From the NCBI GenBank assembly GCA_945902955.1, contig CAMDNO010000002.1, positions 23,214 to 87,213 of the forward strand: a DNA stretch of 64,000 nucleotides, in the 5' to 3' direction. Shown here piece after piece: positions 51,421-61,446 of the stretch. Every line of letters starts with the position of its first letter. The first letter of the stretch is position 1. The translations under genes and the position numbers were made by a program. Under the pieces are notes generated by a model. That model saw nothing but the letters and a program-made list of their open reading frames with translations. It searched no databases and was not told the origin of the DNA. The stretch is from Porphyromonas cangingivalis. Lineage in GTDB: Bacteria > Bacteroidota > Bacteroidia > Bacteroidales > Paludibacteraceae.

Positions 51421-51807
51421 GTGATGTCGAAAAAGAATTTGTGTATTGAGTACTTGCTGAAAAATGCCTCTATTCCGTTATTATGGACGAGTATTGGAAC
51501 ACCACTTGGCTTAGCTGAATGGTTTGCCGACGGAGTAACAGTAGAGGGCGAGAATTACACATTTAATTGGGAAGGTGTGGAGCAAACAGCTCGCCTTATT
51601 GATAAAAAAGCAAATAGCTTTATTCGGTTTCAATGGCTGGAAGATGAAGGCACTGAGGAGCATTTCGAAATTAGAATTGTTAAAGAAGCCATTACAAGAC
51701 AATTATCGCTTTTGATAACAGATTATGTGGTAGAAAGCGATCGCGAAGATTTAATCTTATTGTGGAACAAACAAATTGAAGTCCTCAGAAGAAAATCCGG
51801 AATTTGA
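51421..51807 (+). CDS. START-like domain protein
   Basis: GLAEWFADGV, IRFQW, ITDY...LWNKQI. Confidence 0.85.
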   Translation: MMSKKNLCIEYLLKNASIPLLWTSIGTPLGLAEWFADGVTVEGENYTFNWEGVEQTARLIDKKANSFIRFQWLEDEGTEEHFEIRIVKEAITRQLSLLITDYVVESDREDLILLWNKQIEVLRRKSGI

Positions 51808-51848
51808 TATTTAGTTTAACTTTAAATATGTAGTACGTTCAAAATCAG

Positions 51849-51889
51849 AAAAACCTCCGTTTTCATTTATTGAAAACGGAGGTTTTTTT
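51849..51889 (+). terminator. intrinsic terminator
   Basis: AAAAACCTCCGTTTTCA...TGAAAACGGAGGTTTTTTT; a second hairpin lies at 51915-51950. Confidence 0.85.
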
Positions 51890-51973
51890 ATGCGGTAAAT
51901 TCTGTGGAATAAAGAACCACCCAACTTAGAGTTTTTTAAGTTGGGCGGTTTTGAAATAATGAAAACTTATATT

Positions 51974-53188
51974 TTATTTTACTTCAATAGCCTCTACAAT
52001 TACATTTGTAACCTCGGCTGTACCAGCCGCAGTTGCAGTTGAACGATAACGAAATGCAATGTGTACATTAGGTTTACCTGTGTAGGCAGTCAACGAACAT
52101 TGATAATCGTAGAATGTGTAATTTTTTAATGAATAAACAAAGCCTGTTAGCTCTTTCCAATTTGCTACATCAGGGTTGCTTCCATCTACATAAGTACTAC
52201 TTGCATAAATTTCAATATCATCTGTCGTTCCCCAAAAATTGGCAACTGCCTTGAAAACCACCCGAGCAACTTTTCTTTCAGATAAGTCTAATTTTGGAGA
52301 AACAAGCCAGTCATCTCCCTCATGGTTTGCACCTCCCCAGTATTCAGTCATTTTAGCTCCATATTTTGCATCGTAGTGCCAAAATCCTTCAGTTCCATTT
52401 CCTTCTCCTTTCAAATTGTAAACCACAAATGGCTCTAATCCACCATCAAGAAATGTTTCTGATAGGATTAATGTATTTACATACTCCCAACTGCGATCTG
52501 CAAGCATTTTGAACCGATCTTGAACTGGTTTAACCACCCAGCCTGTTGTTGTCTTAACAAAAATATCTGTAAAGTCTGGAGTCTTATAACTTACACCCGA
52601 ACCTGTATAAAACTTATATGTGAGTGCAACTTGAACACCTGCTTTTGCATAAGGATATTTTTGAGTTAAAAATGTAAGCAAATAATCTGTATGATTCATT
52701 GTGGCATCAAAATTATTGAATTTACCAGGATACCCAGTTGCTGTACCCATTGCAGCATAATCGGCAGTTTTTAATGTATCAAGAATATTCGCTTTTGCAA
52801 CGTCAATATTAGTAAAAAGACGATATTCTGTTACTATTTCAGAACCAGGATCTATCGAAAGTTTTCCGTTTGCTGGTTGATAAACTGATTTTAAGTATTT
52901 TGGAATCCACAATCTTGCATCCACTGACGTAGGGAATTGACGAGAATTATTCAATGCATTTGTTAAATTTACTAAAGCTACGGAATCAGTTCCGGTTAAT
53001 TTTACTACTTCTGCTTTCATTAACTTTACAATAGCATCAATTTCCACTTTTCCTAAAACCACAACACTTTCTGTTGGGTTTAATGTGGCTTTATTGTCGA
53101 GATATCCAGGAAAGTTGTTTTCTGTCCAATCTGTGCAGGATGTTGTTGTCAACAAAATAACTGCAATTATATAAATTACCTTTTTCAT
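51974..53188 (-). CDS. surface lipoprotein with a C-terminal DUF5017/cleaved-adhesin-like beta-sandwich
   Basis: Lipobox TTSC; DDWLVSPKLDLS...VHIAFRYRS. Confidence 0.75.
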   Translation of the reverse strand: MKKVIYIIAVILLTTTSCTDWTENNFPGYLDNKATLNPTESVVVLGKVEIDAIVKLMKAEVVKLTGTDSVALVNLTNALNNSRQFPTSVDARLWIPKYLKSVYQPANGKLSIDPGSEIVTEYRLFTNIDVAKANILDTLKTADYAAMGTATGYPGKFNNFDATMNHTDYLLTFLTQKYPYAKAGVQVALTYKFYTGSGVSYKTPDFTDIFVKTTTGWVVKPVQDRFKMLADRSWEYVNTLILSETFLDGGLEPFVVYNLKGEGNGTEGFWHYDAKYGAKMTEYWGGANHEGDDWLVSPKLDLSERKVARVVFKAVANFWGTTDDIEIYASSTYVDGSNPDVANWKELTGFVYSLKNYTFYDYQCSLTAYTGKPNVHIAFRYRSTATAAGTAEVTNVIVEAIEVK

Positions 53189-53201
53189 TGTTTAATATTT
53201 C

Positions 53202-55841
53202 TTAGAATTTAATTTTTAATGTTACAGAAGAAGTTCTTCCAAAGCCGTACATAACGAGAGCAGAATCCCAATTATGTGTCGACCCATCGTTAGCGTCAGC
53301 TATATAAGCTGTATTCAATATGTTATTTACAACACCATTTACTGAAGCATCGAGCCCGTTAATTTTAAATGAATAGCTTGCAAAAGCATCCAAAAGATAA
53401 ACATCAGGAATTTGCCAAGGCTCAGCGATTGAAAATACACCAAAACCAGAAGGGATAGAGTAATAAGAATAATTACGACCATAATAAATAGCATCCAAAC
53501 CAAGTTTGAAATTTCCAAAAAGTCGATACGATGCACCAAGTGATGCTGATGTTTGCGCAGAGTTACCTACGTGAACTCCCTTAGTATTTAGAGTCATAAA
53601 TGCGTGATCGGCACTAAATTCATCAACAACATTTCCGTTTTTGTCAACAGGTTGCGATTCACGATTGTAAGTATATCCTGAAGGATTGCTATTCCATTTC
53701 CAATCGCCAATTGACAACATACCTTTTATTTCAAGGTCTTTAATAGGTTTTGCAATCACTTCTAATTCTACACCCATGTGGAGAGCATCAACGCCCTGTA
53801 AGTTGATAGTTCCTTTGTCTGGATTTGCAGGATCAATTGCTTTAATCGTGGTTCTATCGTTCCAATTGGTATGATAGAGGTTTAAGTTTGCTGTAAAGTA
53901 TTGCGAACGATAACCTGCTCCTAACTCTTTTGAAAATACTTTTTCGTTAACTCCATTGGTATTAACACCGTTAGAAACAGTTAAGTTAGTAAAAACACCT
54001 CCACTCATAAATGGAACACGAGAAATATACCCTATGTTGCCAAAAACATTAAAATGCTCATCTATATTATAATTTGCACCACCTTTTGCAACCCATCCCA
54101 ATTTATTAACTGTTTCTGATTTTTGGTTATTGTAATAGAACTTATCAATTTTCCAATATGTATTATTGCTTACAGAACCCGAAATAAATGTATTCAGATT
54201 ATCTTTATTATATTCTGCCTGTCCAAACAAACCACCTTGAATAACATAAGAAGTGTTGTCGCGATAAATAGCATCGCCTACATAGAGTTTTTCGTTAACC
54301 CAATCTACCATCGTATTGTTGTATTCGGGATTTAAAGCGGGCTTAACCGACGAACGGTATTGATTGTCAATATAGAACGCACCACCCATAAGGTCGGTAA
54401 TAAATGCTTGATGTATACCTTCATAGTATCGTGCATCGATACCGCCTGACAAATCTATGTTACCCAATTTAGTAGTATATGTTGAAAGTAATCCATACCA
54501 GTTATGCTCGTTTGTCGAAGTAGCGGCTATTGCTTGCGAACCATTTGGATTAGCCGCATTAGCAGTCATCAATCCACCATAATCAAAATATCCATCTGTG
54601 GTGCGATATTTATTGTTGATTACGCCCGAAGATGTACCATACAAATCACTTGAGTTTGTTCCTCTTGCACCATAACCACCACCACGTCCAATAGATACAT
54701 ATAATACAGTCGAAAGATTTGAATTGTCATTAATATCCCATAAGTGATTCAATGACATTTGAGGTTTGTGGTAATAGTTATAGTTAGCTGTATGACGTTG
54801 TCCATTAGCATCATAACCATAAGTAGGATTAAACTTATATTGTCCAGGAAGTTTTTCCCAATCACCTATTTTCAATCTGTCATTATAGTAACGTTGATTG
54901 TGCCACTGAGGTGCACCAAATGCTGTAAAGGAAATCTGTTGATCATCGTTAATGATTTTTGAAACATTAAAGAAATAAGAATATCCTTCAAAATTTGTTC
55001 CCAAAATATAACCATCACCCTGAGTTTTTGCACCAAGCAAAGTCATTGCCCAACCATTTTTCATTAAACCTGTAGAAACATTGAAAGAAACTTTATTATA
55101 ACCATCATTTCCAAGTGAATAAGAAAAGAAACCGCCCTTTTTGGCTTCAGTTGATTTTGTAACAATGTTTATTGAACCACCCACAGAAGGAGCAGCCACT
55201 TTTGATGCACCAAGCCCACGTTGAACTTGCATAGACCGGGTTACATCGCTTAGTCCTGCCCAGTTTGACCAATATACCGAACCATTTTCCATGTCATTCA
55301 TAGGTACTCCATTAATCATTACAGCTATGTTAGCAGATTCGAAACCTCTAAGGTTGATTCGAGAGTCACCATAACCTCCACCTGATTTAGTTGCATAAAC
55401 CCCAGGGGTAGTTTTTAGAATTTCAGGAAATTCCTGAGTTCCCAGTTTCTCTTCAATTTCGAGTGGTGTAACTACCGATAAAGCCACAGGGGTTTTACGA
55501 CGAGTTGCTAACGATGAAGTTACAGTAACATCATTCAATCCGATAGCCTCACTTTCAAGATAAATAGTTAGCTTTTCGCCATTTTTACTGTTTGCTTGAA
55601 TAGTTTTAGTTGTATAACCCACATACGAAACAGTTAAATCCTGTTTTCCAGCTGATAGTTTAATACTAAAAGTTCCATCCAACGAAGAACTTACGCCAAC
55701 ACCCGAACTTGGGTTATAAATACTTACACCAACAAGTACCTCATTGGTAGTTTTATCAACCACTGTACCTTTAATTACGTCTTGCGAATATGCCATAAAG
55801 ACAAACATATTCAATACAAAAAAGAAAATAATTTTCTTCAT
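53202..55841 (-). CDS. TonB-dependent receptor
   Basis: N-terminal carboxypeptidase-regulatory-like domain, plug TPGVY...RINLRGF...INGVP...GGSINI, terminal Phe. Confidence 0.93.
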   Translation of the reverse strand: MKKIIFFFVLNMFVFMAYSQDVIKGTVVDKTTNEVLVGVSIYNPSSGVGVSSSLDGTFSIKLSAGKQDLTVSYVGYTTKTIQANSKNGEKLTIYLESEAIGLNDVTVTSSLATRRKTPVALSVVTPLEIEEKLGTQEFPEILKTTPGVYATKSGGGYGDSRINLRGFESANIAVMINGVPMNDMENGSVYWSNWAGLSDVTRSMQVQRGLGASKVAAPSVGGSINIVTKSTEAKKGGFFSYSLGNDGYNKVSFNVSTGLMKNGWAMTLLGAKTQGDGYILGTNFEGYSYFFNVSKIINDDQQISFTAFGAPQWHNQRYYNDRLKIGDWEKLPGQYKFNPTYGYDANGQRHTANYNYYHKPQMSLNHLWDINDNSNLSTVLYVSIGRGGGYGARGTNSSDLYGTSSGVINNKYRTTDGYFDYGGLMTANAANPNGSQAIAATSTNEHNWYGLLSTYTTKLGNIDLSGGIDARYYEGIHQAFITDLMGGAFYIDNQYRSSVKPALNPEYNNTMVDWVNEKLYVGDAIYRDNTSYVIQGGLFGQAEYNKDNLNTFISGSVSNNTYWKIDKFYYNNQKSETVNKLGWVAKGGANYNIDEHFNVFGNIGYISRVPFMSGGVFTNLTVSNGVNTNGVNEKVFSKELGAGYRSQYFTANLNLYHTNWNDRTTIKAIDPANPDKGTINLQGVDALHMGVELEVIAKPIKDLEIKGMLSIGDWKWNSNPSGYTYNRESQPVDKNGNVVDEFSADHAFMTLNTKGVHVGNSAQTSASLGASYRLFGNFKLGLDAIYYGRNYSYYSIPSGFGVFSIAEPWQIPDVYLLDAFASYSFKINGLDASVNGVVNNILNTAYIADANDGSTHNWDSALVMYGFGRTSSVTLKIKF

Positions 55842-56277
55842 AAATGAATGTTAATTAATTGTTATTATTTTTAATCATACACTATCTAATCCCCTCATTT
55901 TTTTTGAGAATTCGAGCGCAAATATAGTACAACTTTAGTTAAAATACATTACAATGGAATGAATATTTATCAACAAACAATGCAGAATTGAATTGCCATT
56001 ACATCATCATTTTGCATACTTATCAACCGATGGTTACATATTGTAATAATTATTACATTTTAGAGCTTAAAATGCAAGTATGCGTATAGCTAATTCAAAA
56101 AACTGACACTTATCACTTTCTTCTTTTTTTTTTGCGGGAACCTAAAACTTTAACAATTGAGTAAGTGGTGTTATTTATCAATCGAGAAAATACCTTCGAT
56201 TGGTTCATTCTTAACTTCTAAATATGTAAACTTCACAATCACGGCAACTTTTTAGAAAAAATTCAAGCCAAATTTTG

Positions 56278-56306
56278 TATCTTTGCAACCCCCGTTAGCT
56301 ATCGGG
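56278..56306 (+). promoter_or_regulatory. trmD promoter followed by a palindrome copy at the predicted transcription start
   Basis: TATCTTTG at 56278-56285, then CCCGTTAGCTATCGGG at 56291-56306. Confidence 0.65.
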
Positions 56307-56326
56307 ATAAATTTTAATTCCACACC

Positions 56327-57001
56327 ATGCGTATCGATATTATTTCTGCTGTACCCGAACTTTTAGAAAGTCCTCTCAATTATTCTATTATTAAGCGAGC
56401 CCGCGACAAGGGGTTAGTAGAAGTGTATGTGCACAACTTACGTGAATATAGCACCAATAAACATCGACGGGTAGACGATTATGCTTTTGGGTTTAGTGCG
56501 GGCATGGTACTTCAAATTGAACCTATCGACCGCATTATTTCACAGCTTAAAAGCGAGCGAAACTACGACGAAATAATTTACACTTCACCCGACGGAGAAA
56601 AATTCGACCAGAAAATGGCAAATCATCTTTCGATGTCGGGAAATTTAATTATCCTTTGTGGGCACTACAAAGGTATCGATCATCGCATACGTGAGCATCT
56701 CATTACCAAAGAAATAACCGTTGGCGACTACGTGCTTACGGGTGGTGAACTTCCTGCGGCCATTATGACCGACGCCCTTATTCGCCTCATTCCGGGTGCT
56801 ATTGGCGACGAGCAATCAGCACTCACGGATTCGTTTCAAGATAATTTGTTGGCACCACCCGTTTATACGCGTCCCGCAGAATATAAAGGCTGGAAAGTTC
56901 CAGAAATCTTGCTTTCAGGACATCAAGCTAAAGTGGATGAATGGAATCACCAACAATCTGTAGAACGAACCTTGTTATTGAGACCTGATTTATTGAAATA
57001 A
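56327..57001 (+). CDS. trmD: tRNA (guanine-N1)-methyltransferase
   Basis: VDDYAFG...[30 protein letters not shown]. Confidence 0.97.
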   Translation: MRIDIISAVPELLESPLNYSIIKRARDKGLVEVYVHNLREYSTNKHRRVDDYAFGFSAGMVLQIEPIDRIISQLKSERNYDEIIYTSPDGEKFDQKMANHLSMSGNLIILCGHYKGIDHRIREHLITKEITVGDYVLTGGELPAAIMTDALIRLIPGAIGDEQSALTDSFQDNLLAPPVYTRPAEYKGWKVPEILLSGHQAKVDEWNHQQSVERTLLLRPDLLK

Positions 57002-57025
57002 GAAAAAAATAAAAAATTATTGTAA

Positions 57026-58000
57026 ATGACAAAAATTAAAGTAGGCGTAATTGGTGGCGCAGGATATACGGCAGGCGAACTACTCCGTATTTTGGTAAAT
57101 CACCCAAATGTAGAAACTGTATTTGTAAACAGTAGCAGTAATGCCGGAAACAAAATTTCGGATGTTCACAGCGGTTTAGTGGGTGAAACGGATTTGGTTT
57201 TTACGTCCGAGCTTCCTTTCGATAGTGTAGATGCACTTTTTCTGTGCTCAGCTCATGGCGACAGCAAGAAATTTATGGATGAAAATCCTATGGCATCAAA
57301 ATTAAAAATTGTAGATTTATCGACCGATTATAGAGAAAAACGCATTGATCACGATTTTGTATATGGGCTGCCCGAAATGAACTGTGAAGAAATTAAAAAA
57401 GCACAACACATTGCAAATCCGGGATGCTTTGCTACTGCTATTCAACTGACACTTTTGCCATTGGCAGCAGCTGGAAAAATAACTGACGAAGTGCATGTAA
57501 ATGCAATCACAGGTTCTACGGGTGCTGGTGTAAAGCCCTCATCTACAACGCATTTTAGCTGGCGCAATAATAATATCTCTATTTACAAACCTTTCGAGCA
57601 TCAACATTTACAAGAAATAACACAGTCGGTATGTCAGTTGCAAGCCGACTTCGACAAAGAAATTAATTTCATACCTGTACGTGGTAATTTTGCTCGCGGA
57701 ATTTTTGTAACAACTTATCTAAATACCGACCTCACTTTACAAGAGGCTCAATCAATTTTTAAAAATTATTATAAAGAGGCTGCATTTACTTTTGTTGTTG
57801 ATAAAAACCCTGATATGAAACAAGTGGTAAATACCAATAAGGCAATTGTTTACCTCGAAAAGCATGGCAATAAGTTGTTAATCGTATCGATGATTGACAA
57901 TTTACTTAAAGGCGCCTCGGGGCAAGCAGTTCAAAATATGAACTTGATGTTTGGGCTCGACGAAAAAGCCGGATTGGGATTAAAATCGATAGGATTTTAA
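57026..58000 (+). CDS. argC: N-acetyl-gamma-glutamyl-phosphate reductase
   Basis: GGAGYTAGEL, IANPGCFAT, GSTGAG, IDNLLKGASGQAVQNMN. Confidence 0.97.
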   Translation: MTKIKVGVIGGAGYTAGELLRILVNHPNVETVFVNSSSNAGNKISDVHSGLVGETDLVFTSELPFDSVDALFLCSAHGDSKKFMDENPMASKLKIVDLSTDYREKRIDHDFVYGLPEMNCEEIKKAQHIANPGCFATAIQLTLLPLAAAGKITDEVHVNAITGSTGAGVKPSSTTHFSWRNNNISIYKPFEHQHLQEITQSVCQLQADFDKEINFIPVRGNFARGIFVTTYLNTDLTLQEAQSIFKNYYKEAAFTFVVDKNPDMKQVVNTNKAIVYLEKHGNKLLIVSMIDNLLKGASGQAVQNMNLMFGLDEKAGLGLKSIGF

Positions 58001-58220
58001 TTCTACTTTGACAGATTAAAAATAACGATATCAAATTCTCGAGACAATAGTAACTTTAAGCCCTACCGATTCCCGATAGCCATCGGGACGGTATAAACAA
58101 GGGGTTTGGGGCAGAAATTTTCAATTATTTTAACTGCCCCAAGCCCCTAAAGGGGATGTAAATTAGTACCGTCTCTGAAAGTTAATTTTTAAATTATCTA
58201 ATCTATCAAAGTAGAATTAA
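57997..58220. repeat. fold-back, MITE-like element of about 224 bp
   Basis: Terminal 22-bp IR TTAATTCTACTTTGACAGATTA / TAATCTATCAAAGTAGAATTAA (1 mismatch); inner IR GGGGTTTGGGGCAG / CTGCCCCAAGCCCC; palindrome at 58072-58087. Confidence 0.85.
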
Positions 58221-58270
58221 GAATGAATTAATTCAAAAATCAAAAACAAATTCGATATTGTTTAAAAAGT

Positions 58271-58999
58271 TTACTCTTCTGATGATTCAATATCATCGGC
58301 TTTTGTAAGCTCTTTTTCTCCTTTACGGTAATAAAAAATTAAACCGTAATTCTGACATTTTGTTAGCCGTGCAAAGGGCTTTTCGTCTTTAAACTTTATT
58401 TCAACCTGATTCCATATATCCAAGATAATGGCATCACCCTTTTCGCGGAGTTTCACCAGCTCTTCCCAAGTGCGATTAGTGGAGGATTGGTGCATTTTTT
58501 GAGTTGATTTATACTCCTTAAAAACTTCAAAATGCACTTGCACTTTGGCAATTGCTGGATTGTAAATTGGTAAGCCTCCATTTCTAACACGCTCATTTTC
58601 ACCATCAATAATAGATTTACCCCATTGCAACAAAGAAGCTTCGGTTGTTAAATCGGGTACAGTGTGATTGTTGGGATCGAGGTGGTAAAATATTTTATGG
58701 TCCTTTTTAATATCGCCACGAATTACAGAGAGGTTCAGTACTTGAATAAAATGCGAAATATACAGACGAGCATTGTGTACAATTTGTTGGTATCGCTTGT
58801 TAGCCGAAACTTGACTATCAAGCGCTTGCTGATATTGTATTAGTTGTTTTTCGAAAACATTCAGAAAGTTACGAGCATCTAAAATAGTTTTGTAGTTGAC
58901 AACCTGCATGCTATAGTTTTGATTTTCACTAAACTGCACTGCTGTTCGTAACGCTCGTAAACGCGCTTGATCGGTGTTGGGTAGTCGGCGATAGGGCAT
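58271..58999 (-). CDS. conserved Bacteroidales hypothetical protein, mostly helical
   Basis: Starts MPYRRLPNTDQARLRAL; ARLYISHFIQV, YNPAIAKV, YGLIFYYRKGE. Confidence 0.8.
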   Translation of the reverse strand: MPYRRLPNTDQARLRALRTAVQFSENQNYSMQVVNYKTILDARNFLNVFEKQLIQYQQALDSQVSANKRYQQIVHNARLYISHFIQVLNLSVIRGDIKKDHKIFYHLDPNNHTVPDLTTEASLLQWGKSIIDGENERVRNGGLPIYNPAIAKVQVHFEVFKEYKSTQKMHQSSTNRTWEELVKLREKGDAIILDIWNQVEIKFKDEKPFARLTKCQNYGLIFYYRKGEKELTKADDIESSEE

Positions 59000-59123
59000 A
59001 AATTTTAAATTTACAATTATTCAATTTACGAATATCAACTGATGCGATTTTTAGTATTCAATTAATTGATAATTGATAATTAAACAGTTGATAATTATTT
59101 TATGCCCACAAAGATATAAAAAA

Positions 59124-60098
59124 TTAATCATTACGAGACATTAATTTTTCGGCTAATTTTCTCAATTCGTGCTTTTTAGTGCTATCAAGCTGTAATTTTT
59201 CGAGATTTGCGACTGCCATATCGAAATAAAACATCATCTTATCTTCGCATATTTTTTTAACTTTCAGCTTGTTATACATTTTGGTAACCTGAGCAATTTT
59301 CTCATCAGGCTGTTCATAACTTTTTTTCAAATAATTGCTTAATTCTTCAAAATCAGCACCTTTTGCCAATTTTAGGGCATGAATAAGTAAATATGTTTTC
59401 TTATTACACAGAATGTCGCCACCAATTTTTTTTCCAAAAGTAGCTTCGTTACCATATACATCGAGCAAATCATCTTTTAGCTGAAAGGCTAAACCCATAT
59501 TTAATCCAAATTCGTACAATTCATTTGCATCAACTATATTAGCTCCACCTATCAGAGCACCTGTTTTGAGTGAGCAAGCCAACAAAACAGCTGTTTTAAG
59601 TCGAATCATTTCGAGATAATCATCTGGCGTAACTTCATCAATCGCCTCGAAATCAACATCCAATTGTTGCCCTTCACAAATTTCGCGTGCGGTGGCAGAA
59701 AACAAATCAAGAACCGGCTTTAAGTACTCTAATGGGGTTTGAGCTATCAGCTGATATGCAGCAATTTGCATTACATCTCCCGAAAGTATAGCCGTATTAT
59801 CGTCCCAACGTTTATGAACGGTTGGACGACCACGACGAATATCAGCTCGATCCATAATATCATCGTGTAGCAGCGTAAAATTGTGAAAAACTTCGATACC
59901 TAATGCTGGTGCAATAGCTTGTTGGATATCGTCGGTATACAAATTGCAAGCCATTAGCGTCAATGCAGGGCGAATACGCTTCCCACCCATCGACAAAGTG
60001 TATGCTATGGGGTCGTACAAACCCTGTGGCTGCATAGACCAATCTAATTTTTCTATTTCGGCACTTACTATTTGAGTTATTTCATTAAAACTTTTCAT
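59124..60098 (-). CDS. polyprenyl diphosphate synthase (IspA/GGPPS-like)
   Basis: GGKRIRP, LLHDDIMD...RRG, GQQLD, KTA, FQLKDDLLD. Confidence 0.95.
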   Translation of the reverse strand: MKSFNEITQIVSAEIEKLDWSMQPQGLYDPIAYTLSMGGKRIRPALTLMACNLYTDDIQQAIAPALGIEVFHNFTLLHDDIMDRADIRRGRPTVHKRWDDNTAILSGDVMQIAAYQLIAQTPLEYLKPVLDLFSATAREICEGQQLDVDFEAIDEVTPDDYLEMIRLKTAVLLACSLKTGALIGGANIVDANELYEFGLNMGLAFQLKDDLLDVYGNEATFGKKIGGDILCNKKTYLLIHALKLAKGADFEELSNYLKKSYEQPDEKIAQVTKMYNKLKVKKICEDKMMFYFDMAVANLEKLQLDSTKKHELRKLAEKLMSRND

Positions 60099-60110
60099 GT
60101 GTTTATAAAA

Positions 60111-61295
60111 TTAGAATTCACCTATACCCCAAACCAAACCTAAAGAAACATAACTCATATCACCCTTAGCAAGAAGGTACTTAAACGAAGGAATAGTAAC
60201 AAATCCTGCATCCATTTTCAAACTAAAATAGCCCAAATTCTCTATTCCATACATATAAGTGGCATTTGTTTTATTTTTATACCCACCTAATTTATATTCA
60301 AAATTCACTCCAAGACCAGGCGTAAAACTGTCGTAAACGCTGAATTCTTTATTTTCTTCGTTTTCATATTCATACAAATTACTTTCCAAAAAGCCACCAG
60401 CCAATAAAGTTACATAAGGCGCTAAATGAAAATGCTTATTACGAATTAAATAATAACCGGTTTTGAAACCAACATCTAAACGACTAAATTTATCGCCAGT
60501 ATTAAAACTGTATGTTTCCCCACCTTTTTTTGAAAGTGTAATTGGCTGAAGGAGTTTCATTTGAGCATTACCTTCCATGTACATAGACACATACACTTTT
60601 GAAATACAAAAGTCCATCGACACACCAAACGAAGTTGGATTAGTAAAATAATTTTTTAGATTTCCGGATAAAGAGCTAAACTTAGGCCCAAACGAATAGG
60701 CAATGGATGCTTTAATTTTTGGAGCTGGCAGATACTTTTTGATAAAATTTGTATAATTCGACTCTGGATATTTTTTCTTGAAACCAATTATCAAAGCATC
60801 ATATTCATCATTTTGAGAACCTTTTTGTAAAATATGTGATAAAATTTTAAGTATAGCTACATCTTCTTGTTTAAATGTATCATTAGTAGAAACATGGTCA
60901 ACAGTAGGTGCATTTTTTTGCAATTCTGCATATAAGGCATCATCTATCGACTCCAGATTACGATAACACATAAAATTATTAACCTCATCAGAATAGCTTT
61001 CAATCAACTTTAATAAAGCATTCCAATCGCTGAAGACAGCTTGTAGCAAAATTTGCTCTTTGAACGAAAACGACCAGCAATTGCGCTCCTCTCCTTTCAT
61101 CATTAAATAATGAAATACCTCTTTCGACTTTTGCAAATTTCCATCCTGAATTGATTTTGATAATAATTTACGTCCATTATTTATCAAAATTTCATTACTA
61201 TCAACGTAATTTTTAATCTCATTTTCAATTTGAGCTTTTGCTGTAGTACTAAAAGCAAGTATAAATAAAACTGCAATTACAAGTTTCTTTTTCAT
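60111..61295 (-). CDS. hypothetical exported protein: helical N-half, beta-barrel-like C-half
   Basis: Signal peptide ending AKA-Q; amphipathic beta pattern ending VSLGLVWGIGEF. Confidence 0.7.
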   Translation of the reverse strand: MKKKLVIAVLFILAFSTTAKAQIENEIKNYVDSNEILINNGRKLLSKSIQDGNLQKSKEVFHYLMMKGEERNCWSFSFKEQILLQAVFSDWNALLKLIESYSDEVNNFMCYRNLESIDDALYAELQKNAPTVDHVSTNDTFKQEDVAILKILSHILQKGSQNDEYDALIIGFKKKYPESNYTNFIKKYLPAPKIKASIAYSFGPKFSSLSGNLKNYFTNPTSFGVSMDFCISKVYVSMYMEGNAQMKLLQPITLSKKGGETYSFNTGDKFSRLDVGFKTGYYLIRNKHFHLAPYVTLLAGGFLESNLYEYENEENKEFSVYDSFTPGLGVNFEYKLGGYKNKTNATYMYGIENLGYFSLKMDAGFVTIPSFKYLLAKGDMSYVSLGLVWGIGEF

Positions 61296-61339
61296 ATCAA
61301 AAAATTTTAATATCTTAATTATGTCCCTTTCGAAATGTA

Positions 61340-61446
61340 TTTTTTTGAACGCAAAGTTGAAAAGATGCTAAGACACGAAGAAAAACCCCATAATAAAAAA
61401 AAACTTTGCGACTTTGTGTCATAGCGTACTTAGCGTTCAAAAAAAA
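61340..61446. repeat. imperfect fold-back element
   Basis: TTTTTTTGAACGCAAAG...GACACGAAG versus CTTTGTGTC...CTTAGCGTTCAAAAAAAA. Confidence 0.7.

Noticed and set aside
55842-56277. Riboswitch upstream of the TonB receptor
   Set aside because: No cobalamin or TPP consensus visible, and the predicted promoter leaves only a ~70-nt leader
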